DNA of 64,000 nucleotides, taken from the NCBI GenBank assembly GCA_937873575.1, contig CALMPK010000336.1, positions 26,624-90,623 on the forward strand, in the 5' to 3' direction. The translations under genes were made by a program, and so were the position numbers. The stretch comes from an uncultured Hyphomicrobiaceae bacterium (GTDB lineage: Bacteria; Pseudomonadota; Alphaproteobacteria; Rhizobiales; Hyphomicrobiaceae). A model generated the notes under the pieces. That model had not been told where the DNA came from. It searched no databases and saw nothing but the letters and a program-made list of their open reading frames with translations. Numbering within the stretch: the stretch's first letter is position 1; each line of letters starts with the position of its first letter. This document shows, one piece after another, positions 57,314-64,000 of the stretch.

Positions 57314-58681
57314 ATGAGCGGACCCAAGGTTGTCAGGATCGTCACAATTGAGGAGGTGCTGGAGATCTGCCGCGGCCACCTCGCGCGCCTCGATGAGGCG
57401 ATCAAGCGGTGGGAGCGGATCGGCCGTCGCAACGATGCGGTGACCGACGAGGACATCCGCGCGATGCGAGCCCGACAGACCGAGATCGCGGCTCTGGTAT
57501 CGAAGGAGCGCTATCCGGATCTGCAGAAGCGCGCGCCCGAGGAGATCCAGTACATCGAGGCCGACATCGAGCGGCGGTTGTCTGATGCGGCACGTCGTGC
57601 AGCCGAGGCTCGGGCGCGCGACCGGCGGCGCGCCTCACTGGCAACGCAACTTTTGAAGAGCGGAGCGGTGAAGGCCGAGTTGCGGGCCACGCTTGAAACG
57701 ATCGCGCGTGGCGAGGCTACAGACGCCGTCCGGGCGGAGGCCGCGCTCGGCGAGGTGCTACGGAGCGCGCCTGTTGTCGCCGACAGCAATGTTATCGTGC
57801 CCGCGGTGCGAGCTTTGGCTGAGCGGCACGCCCGGGGTCTCCAGGGGGAGTCATTCGACCAATGGCTTGCCGCCAACCAGCCTGCAGACGAAGCTGAAGT
57901 CGTGGCCGACAAGATCGATGCCGCGATTGCGGGGCTGGCTGTCGCCGGCGCCGCGCAGGAGGCCGAGGCGTTGTCGGCAAGATACAAGGTCGTGCTGGCA
58001 GAGCCCTCCGCGGCTCAGCGCAAGATGCGATCCGATACGCTCCTCATCGAAATTGGCAAAACGGCAGTCGCCAGCCGGGAGCGGCGGCGCTCGCTGGAAG
58101 AACTTGCGTCGACGACGGCCGAGGCTCGCACCGCGCTAGGGGCCACGCACTCGGCCTTTCTGGCGGAAGCTGCCGCTGCGGTCGAGCGCGAGGACGCAGC
58201 AGGCGCATCATCACTAACCGCCAAGCTGCGACAGGCGATGGTTGAGCACCGCAAAACCGCAGCGGCGGCGGCCCGCAGGGAGGCCGTGCTGTCCGCGCTG
58301 GCTGAGGTCGGCTACGAGGCGCGCGAAGGGCTCTCAACCGCGCAACCAACCGCCGGCCGCATGGTCTTGCGCCGCGCCGCCAACCCGGAGGTGGGCCTCG
58401 AGGTCTCCGGCGGCACGGCGAACGAGCGCGTGCAGCTGCGCCCAGTGCGCTTCGCCTCGCCCGGTACGACAGGGGATGCCTCCCGCGACCGAGACATTGA
58501 AACCATCTGGTGCGGCGACTTCGACCGCCTGCGCGAAAGCCTCGCCAAGCTCGACGCCGACGTTGCTATCGAGAAGGCGATGGCGATCGGCGCCACGCCG
58601 GTGATGGTCGTCGAGCAGGCAATACTGGACGCTGAAAGAGGTCCGGTTCAATTGCCCATCGATCGAACGCGCAGTGCGTAA
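57314..58681 (+). CDS. Coiled-coil hypothetical protein (Ala/Glu/Arg-rich)
   Basis: 455-aa ORF, 49 nt after the giant gene and on the same strand. Heptad-like Ala/Glu/Arg composition. No catalytic motif recognised. Confidence 0.6.
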   Translation: MSGPKVVRIVTIEEVLEICRGHLARLDEAIKRWERIGRRNDAVTDEDIRAMRARQTEIAALVSKERYPDLQKRAPEEIQYIEADIERRLSDAARRAAEARARDRRRASLATQLLKSGAVKAELRATLETIARGEATDAVRAEAALGEVLRSAPVVADSNVIVPAVRALAERHARGLQGESFDQWLAANQPADEAEVVADKIDAAIAGLAVAGAAQEAEALSARYKVVLAEPSAAQRKMRSDTLLIEIGKTAVASRERRRSLEELASTTAEARTALGATHSAFLAEAAAAVEREDAAGASSLTAKLRQAMVEHRKTAAAAARREAVLSALAEVGYEAREGLSTAQPTAGRMVLRRAANPEVGLEVSGGTANERVQLRPVRFASPGTTGDASRDRDIETIWCGDFDRLRESLAKLDADVAIEKAMAIGATPVMVVEQAILDAERGPVQLPIDRTRSA

Positions 58682-58826
58682 TGGCCCTTGCCCACGCTGC
58701 ACCGTCGCTGTGTACTGCCGCATTGCGCAACGCTGACGAACCTGCGTGCCCCGACCTGCTGCGTGAACCCAGCGTGAACGGCGATTTTTGCGGAGAGGTG
58801 GTTTTGAACTAAGTATTTGATTTCAT

Positions 58827-58902
58827 TGGTGGAGCCGAGGGGAATCGAACCCCTGACCTCTGCAGTGCGATTGCAGCGCTCTCCCATCTGAGCTACAGCC
58901 CC
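58827..58902 (-). tRNA. tRNA-Ala (anticodon CGC)
   Basis: The reverse complement folds as a 76-nt cloverleaf: GGGGCUG acceptor with G3:U70, anticodon stem CUGCA/UGCAG, loop AUCGCAC, GGTTCGATTCC T-arm, and an encoded CCA. Confidence 0.93.
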
Positions 58903-59176
58903 ATTGGCCCGGCAGTTCGAGGTGATGGGCACCTCCGGGCGCGCACTCCTAACGGAGTGTCGGCCGCCTTCTGGCTTGCGGCTTGTCTAGCGGCGTTGAC
59001 GGCAAAAGGCAAGCCGGCTCCGATCCCCTGGGGTTTGTCAGGAAAGTGCAGCTCGTTCGCGCTGCGGCGGGTTCATTTCAACAATCCTGAAGTGCTGCGG
59101 CGCTCGGGGTACGGCGGGCCGATCGCGTCGAAGATTACCGGCCGCACGAGGGGCGAACCGAACTTGTTGTGCCGAG

Positions 59177-60586
59177 TTACGAGCGTTCGGCGGGTTGCCA
59201 GCCGGCGGACCGCGCCTCCTCCTCCGAGCAGAACCAGCGGCCGCCGCGCTCCTTGCGCACCGAGGCGCGATCGTAGCCGGCCGACCAGGGCATGAAGTAG
59301 GTACGGCTGCGGCCGGAGACCTGCGCCTTGATGGGGCAACCGTCTGGCGCGGATTTCTTCGCCGCCTCCCAACGCTCGGAACGGTAGTCCGCGGGGCGCT
59401 GCGGTGTCGCGCTGGCCCAGATTCCGCGTGTGGCGCCTCGCGCCTCGTCCTGCTGGTTCGAGTAGCTGGCGAAAAATCCGGTGTCGGCGAAAGCGTGACC
59501 GCCGCGGACCATTTCCGCGCCGACGTCGGTGCCGGTGGCGGTGCGGCAGGTGGCGATCGCGGGGGCATCGCCACGCGACTTGGTGATTTCGCAGGAAAGC
59601 GAGTCGCGGCGCGTGAAGCGCTCGAGTGCGCGCTGCGCGGCCTCGCCGCACCGCCAACGTGTGCCGCTGCCGCGCGTGCAGGTCTGGTCGCGGTCGGGCG
59701 CCTCGATCTCGGCGAGTTGCAGCACGCGGCCCCTGATGCGCAGCGTATCTCCTGAAAGAGCCGTCGCGTGGCCTTCGAGCCGGCCGTCGCTGGCCAGGCT
59801 GCCGGTGGTGAGCGACTTGGAGGGGCCGCGCGAGGCGACCTCCGATCCGCCGCCGCCCGTGCCTGCGGAAAGCAGCGGGCCGAGCACGAAGATGGCGAGC
59901 GCCGCGACACCGCCCCAGGCCGCCATGGCTACGCCCTGTCGCAGCGGGGGAGCGGCCTCTCCATCATCGTCAGCGGGCGGGGACATGGCGAGGAGTGCGG
60001 CCGTCGCCAGGAGAACCACGGCCACAGCGACCAGAAGAAGCAGGTTCAAGTCCGCAGGTTGCTCACTCCCGCGCTTGGCGGCGGCGATGGCGAGCGCCAC
60101 GCCGGCGGCACCGATGGGTACGCTTCGCTGGCGACCGATCCTGCCAGCGGCGTAACCGGAAAGGCCCGCGATGGCTTCGCCGATCTGGCCGCGTTCGCCT
60201 CGCGAGCCGAGGGAGTGGGACGCACTCGCCTTCAATCCCGCGGCGGCGTTGCCGAGGCCGGCCGCCGCCCGTTTCCCCGCGCCGGCAGCAGCGCACGCGG
60301 CGGCGGCGAAACCACCGGCCACGCCCCCTGCGACAGAGGAAAGCCCCGCGCCGCTCGCGGACAATCCCTTCTCCCCCGCTTCACGCAGGCCCGACGCGGC
60401 TTTTGCTTTGGCCTCGTCGATTCCGGCGGCGGCGGCACGGCCCGCCTTTTTCAGACCGTCGATCGCGGCCTGCTGCACGGCGTCGACCTTGCGGCGGCGG
60501 TTCACGCGCCGGAGCAGGATCGTGGTGCGCACATACTCGTGCCACTCGAAGCCGTCGCGCTTCTTTCGCCATCCGAACATCGCCAC
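59177..60586 (-). CDS. Membrane-anchored thermonuclease (SNase-like) family protein
   Basis: C-terminal SNase-like region (GDTLRIRGRVLQLAEIEAPDRDQTC...GEAAQRALERF...RGGHAF...EARGATRGIWA) plus a CPIKAQVSGR...YFMPWS tail. Gly/Ala-rich and TM segments lie upstream. Confidence 0.7.
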   Translation of the reverse strand: MAMFGWRKKRDGFEWHEYVRTTILLRRVNRRRKVDAVQQAAIDGLKKAGRAAAAGIDEAKAKAASGLREAGEKGLSASGAGLSSVAGGVAGGFAAAACAAAGAGKRAAAGLGNAAAGLKASASHSLGSRGERGQIGEAIAGLSGYAAGRIGRQRSVPIGAAGVALAIAAAKRGSEQPADLNLLLLVAVAVVLLATAALLAMSPPADDDGEAAPPLRQGVAMAAWGGVAALAIFVLGPLLSAGTGGGGSEVASRGPSKSLTTGSLASDGRLEGHATALSGDTLRIRGRVLQLAEIEAPDRDQTCTRGSGTRWRCGEAAQRALERFTRRDSLSCEITKSRGDAPAIATCRTATGTDVGAEMVRGGHAFADTGFFASYSNQQDEARGATRGIWASATPQRPADYRSERWEAAKKSAPDGCPIKAQVSGRSRTYFMPWSAGYDRASVRKERGGRWFCSEEEARSAGWQPAERS

Positions 60587-60861
60587 CCCGCTATCGTTCG
60601 AAACGCTCCGCGACGAACCCCATCCTCCGCCCGAGCAAGCATGAAATCACCGGAAACCCTGCCATGAGCCATCAACGCGGCAAGAGTTGGCCCGCACGCA
60701 ATATCGCCGGGGCCGCTTCCGAGGCGCGCATCCTGTGATAAGTTGCGCGCCGTTGCCAGGGTCGGACGGACTTCGACAACAGAAATCTGCCCGCGGCATG
60801 CGCCCTTTGCGTGGGCACGCCGGGCGAACAGGGCCAACAAGAACAACACGGGGCAAACGCC

Positions 60862-61470
60862 ATGATCGATCACCACGCGGCAGCCAACATCAACCGTTCG
60901 CGGAGCGTTAGCCCAAGTTCGACGTCACGCGGCCGTCGCAAGAACGCGCTGAGCGCCGTAGCGCGTATCGCCGGCGTTTCGGTCGCGGCGCTCGCCCTCG
61001 TCGTCACCCATGCCTCGGCCGGCAAGGAAGCTGCTCCAGGCGGTGCCTGCGATAGGCTCGACAAGGCGTCTGCGGCGTGGACGGCCTGCGCCAATGAGCA
61101 TGCCGCGCTGAGCGACGCCGAGCTGTTCTATGCCGGCTACTGGATGGCGCAGACCGGCCGCTACGACGAGGCCATCGGTTACTTGAAGCAGGCACGCTCG
61201 CCGGACGCGCGTACACTTACGTATCTCGGCTTTGCCACGCGCAAGTCGGGTGATGTGGATACGGCGCTCGGGTACTATCGTCAGGCGTTGGCGATGGCTC
61301 CCGACTACGTGGTCGCACGAGCATATCTTGGCGAAGCGCACATCGCGCGAGGCGACCTGGCCAGCGCTCGCTCCGAGCTGGGCGAAATCGCGCGGCGGTG
61401 TGGTTTGAACTGTGCCGCGTACGACGAGCTGGCGCGCCACGTCGCCAAGGCTGCGCCCGTCAACGGTTGA
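60862..61470 (+). CDS. TPR-repeat protein with signal peptide
   Basis: Signal peptide ending HASA. TPR-like helices (YYRQALAMAPDYVVARAYLGEAHIARGDLASA). Confidence 0.7.
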   Translation: MIDHHAAANINRSRSVSPSSTSRGRRKNALSAVARIAGVSVAALALVVTHASAGKEAAPGGACDRLDKASAAWTACANEHAALSDAELFYAGYWMAQTGRYDEAIGYLKQARSPDARTLTYLGFATRKSGDVDTALGYYRQALAMAPDYVVARAYLGEAHIARGDLASARSELGEIARRCGLNCAAYDELARHVAKAAPVNG

Positions 61471-61540
61471 CGCGCCCGGATAGGGTTCGATCGGTTGGAA
61501 GGACGTGCTCGGCGCTTCCTTCGAAAGCGTCGGTCGAACC

Positions 61541-64000
61541 CTAATCTTCGCTGGCGGTCTGTCGCGCCGGCATGTCCCACAGGCGGATGGTGCCGTCGGC
61601 GCCGCCGGATGCGATGCGCAACCCATCGGGCGTGAACGCGACCGTCTCGACCTTGCCGCGATGACCGGCGAAAGCACGAACGCTGCGGCGGCGGTCGAGA
61701 TCCCATAGCCGCACCGTGCCGTCCTCACCACCCGTGACGAGGAATGTCCCGTCGGGTGAGAAGGCAATGCTCGAAACGCCGCCGCCGTGGCCCGTGTAGC
61801 GCCGCTTCAGTCGCGACGACGACGTGCTCCATACGCGGATGGAGCCGTCCAGACTCGCCGCGGCGACGTTCTTGCCGTCGGCCGAAATGGCGACCGCTGT
61901 GATGAAGTCGCTCGCTCCGCGATAGGAGCGCAGCATCTCGAGCGTGTTGAGGCTCCAAAGGCGGACGGTCTTGTCGGCGCTGCCCGAGGCGAGCAGAGAG
62001 CCCGCTGGAGCGAAGGCGAGCGCCTGTACGGCGTTGTTGTGCCCTTCGAACATGTGCAGCGGCGTCGTCGCCGAAGTGCCGTCCCAAAGGGCGATCTTCC
62101 AGTCGTGCGCGGCCGTCGCGAAGCGTGCGCCATCGCCGGTCGGGGCGATCGCCCAGATGGCCGCCTCGTTGCGCTGGAACGTGCCGCGCTTGCGGGACGT
62201 CGAAAGGTCCCAGGCCGATACGACGCCGTCAGCATGGCCCACCAGCGCTTCTTCGCCACGGATGGCGAGTGCGGTCGGCGCGCCGCCGTCGAGCGGAACG
62301 ATACGCGAAAGCGTGCGGCTCCCCGTCGACCAGAGCTTGATGGTCTGATCGTTGCCCGTGCTGACGATGCGGTCGCCGTTGGCGGTGAAGGCGATCTGCT
62401 TGACGCCGCCCGCATGAGCGTCGATCGGCGGAAGAGGTGCCGGGGTGGGGGGCGGCGTCTGCAACGCCGAGGTCGTCACAGGCGCGCGTGCCGAGACGGT
62501 GGTGACCGGCGGCCGCGCCGACGCCGAGCGTTGCGGCGTCTCGACGGCGGCCTTTTCGGGCAGCTTCAAATCGGGAAGGCGGTTCTGGATGAACACTGCA
62601 ACGGTGGCAATGGCCGCACCGATTGCCAGTTTCACCAGGATCGGCCGCAGGTGGCGCCGGGCGCTGGACTTGATCGGTTTCGGCCGTTCGGCGCGCGCGA
62701 GCGCCTTCGACGGCACGGCTGCTGCTGCCTGCTGCCGCGACTTCGCGGGGGCCGCAGCGGCCTTGGCGGCCTGTTGCGCCTTCGCCTCGTTTTTCTGGGG
62801 CTGTTTCGGCGGCGCGGGTTCGCGCTTGCCGCCGGCCGGTGTCTCGGCCGCGGCGCCAGGGCGTGTCTTCACGGCGGAGTCGGCCGCGGCACCCGCGCCT
62901 GCCCGCGCCGTTGCTGGCCTCGGCGCGCCGTCCGCGATGGGCGGAACCCCGGCTGATCCGCCGCCACCTTTGAGCCGCTCCATGAAATCGAGTAGGCCTC
63001 CGCTGCCGCCCGGTACGTCGGGTGGCGGCGGCACCGTGACCGGTGCGTGCGGGGGCACGTCGCGACTGCCGAGACCATCGGCAGGTGCGGGCGGAAGCTT
63101 AGGTTCGGCCGCGCGCTTTTTCTCGCCACGCGGCAGCCAGCCCTGACGGGCCGGCTCGGGCGCCAGCAGCTCGCCGCGCCAGATCGGGATCGACTGCGGG
63201 CGATCCTTGATGTCGAGCGACAGAGCGCGATCGATGGCCTTCAGGAATCCTGCGCGGTAGGCGCTGATCGCCGCCTCGCGCGCCGGCACGATCTCGTCGT
63301 GCACCATACGCGATGGGGCATCCGGCGGCCGCTTGCCCGTGACCGCGTGATAGAGCGTGGCGCCGAGCGCATAGATGTCGGTCCACGGCCCTTGCTGGCG
63401 GCTCGTCTCGGCGTACTGCTCATACGGGCTGTAGCCGGGCTTCACCAGCGCGGAGACCGTCTTGGAATGGGCTGCGATCTCGCCGCGCGCCGAGCCGAAA
63501 TCGATCAGAACGGGTGCGCCGTTCTTGCGGATGATGATGTTGTCCGGAGCGATGTCGCGATGCAGGTAGTCGGCCTTGTGCACGAACTCCAGCGCGTCGA
63601 GGAGCGGCGCGACGAGCACGTCGAGCTCCTTCTGGCGCGGGGCGCGACCAAGCCCCTTGAGCCACGCCTTCAGGCTCTGCCCCTCCTCGAAGTGCAGCAC
63701 CATGTAGCCGGTGTTGTTGGCGCGGAAATAGCGATAGACGCGGACGATGTTGGGGTGATCGAAGCGCGCCAGCGTCTGCGCTTCCTCGATGAAGCGGTCG
63801 AGGCCCCAACGGTAGTCGCTCGAGCAGTCCTGCGAGCGCGGCATCGCCTCATGGCTGGCGACGCGGGCGGCGAAGTCGCTCGGGAAGTATTCTTTGATCG
63901 TCACGGGCCGCGCGAGGGCCAGCTCGTCGGCGAGATAAGTGATGCCGAACCCGCCAGCGCCGAGTACGCGGTCGATCCGGTAATCGCCGACGAGCTCGGT
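61541..64000 (-). CDS. Ser/Thr protein kinase - TM - WD40 repeat protein (5' end beyond the window)
   Basis: GAGGFG, HRDIAPDNIII, LIDFGSAR and PGYSPYEQY. Pro/Ala-rich linker, TM ILVKLAIGAAIATVAVFI, then about 330 aa of WD40 repeats. The reading frame stays open to nt 64000. Confidence 0.85.
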   Translation of the reverse strand, partial: TELVGDYRIDRVLGAGGFGITYLADELALARPVTIKEYFPSDFAARVASHEAMPRSQDCSSDYRWGLDRFIEEAQTLARFDHPNIVRVYRYFRANNTGYMVLHFEEGQSLKAWLKGLGRAPRQKELDVLVAPLLDALEFVHKADYLHRDIAPDNIIIRKNGAPVLIDFGSARGEIAAHSKTVSALVKPGYSPYEQYAETSRQQGPWTDIYALGATLYHAVTGKRPPDAPSRMVHDEIVPAREAAISAYRAGFLKAIDRALSLDIKDRPQSIPIWRGELLAPEPARQGWLPRGEKKRAAEPKLPPAPADGLGSRDVPPHAPVTVPPPPDVPGGSGGLLDFMERLKGGGGSAGVPPIADGAPRPATARAGAGAAADSAVKTRPGAAAETPAGGKREPAPPKQPQKNEAKAQQAAKAAAAPAKSRQQAAAAVPSKALARAERPKPIKSSARRHLRPILVKLAIGAAIATVAVFIQNRLPDLKLPEKAAVETPQRSASARPPVTTVSARAPVTTSALQTPPPTPAPLPPIDAHAGGVKQIAFTANGDRIVSTGNDQTIKLWSTGSRTLSRIVPLDGGAPTALAIRGEEALVGHADGVVSAWDLSTSRKRGTFQRNEAAIWAIAPTGDGARFATAAHDWKIALWDGTSATTPLHMFEGHNNAVQALAFAPAGSLLASGSADKTVRLWSLNTLEMLRSYRGASDFITAVAISADGKNVAAASLDGSIRVWSTSSSRLKRRYTGHGGGVSSIAFSPDGTFLVTGGEDGTVRLWDLDRRRSVRAFAGHRGKVETVAFTPDGLRIASGGADGTIRLWDMPARQTASED

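Noticed and set aside
58957-59295. 112-aa + strand ORF between the tRNA gene and the thermonuclease gene
   Set aside because: It overlaps the 3' end of the thermonuclease gene, and its second half is Arg/Pro-rich. There is no RBS or motif support.
59038-60667. Several long Arg/Pro/Ala-rich ORFs on both strands overlapping the thermonuclease gene (59038-59910 -, 59768-60667 +, 59995-60738 +)
   Set aside because: Only the 59177-60586 minus-strand frame gives a coherent SNase-like C-terminal domain and TM segments. The others are GC-skew artefacts.

Overview
High-GC (roughly 64-65%) alphaproteobacterial chromosome segment; a Rhizobiales/Bradyrhizobiaceae-like origin is my inference from gene content. 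It has four blocks. (1) 1-6.7 kb: a TetR-controlled HlyD / fused ABC ATPase-permease / ABC-2 permease efflux operon and an isochorismatase-like hydrolase. (2) About 6.7-38.3 kb: the backbone of an ICEMlSym-type integrative conjugative element. It carries a two-frame FseA-like activator, an RdfS-like excisionase-type HTH, TraF, DUF736, a candidate oriT, relaxase, ArdC, DUF3768, ParB, TraG, TrbB-C-D-E-J-L-F-G-I, an XRE switch and AlpA. Cargo genes are a secreted RidA, an LLM monooxygenase, a TIR-TM-WD40 protein, DoxX, a lower-GC orphan and an MFS transporter. I found no integrase or transposase in the window, and trbE carries an in-frame amber codon, so the element may be decaying. A roughly 50-80 nt intergenic element occurs four times on this backbone. 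(3) 38.3-58.7 kb: a defence-island-like block. It holds an AbiEi remnant and a minus-strand operon encoding a Cas4-like nuclease/SF1 helicase, an Mre11-like phosphoesterase and a Rad50/YhaN-like ATPase. A WYL regulator follows, then a translationally coupled operon: ClpB-like AAA+, NrdG-like radical-SAM protein, a roughly 2,050-aa Zn-ribbon/kinase-like/DUF4011/SF1-helicase/REase-fold giant split by a G13-C7...G17 homopolymer segment, and a coiled-coil protein. This operon is my top candidate for an undescribed system. (4) 58.8-64 kb: tRNA-Ala(CGC), a membrane-anchored thermonuclease, a TPR protein and a Ser/Thr kinase-TM-WD40 protein that runs off the window. All domain calls come from motifs read by eye in the supplied translations. 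No database search was run.
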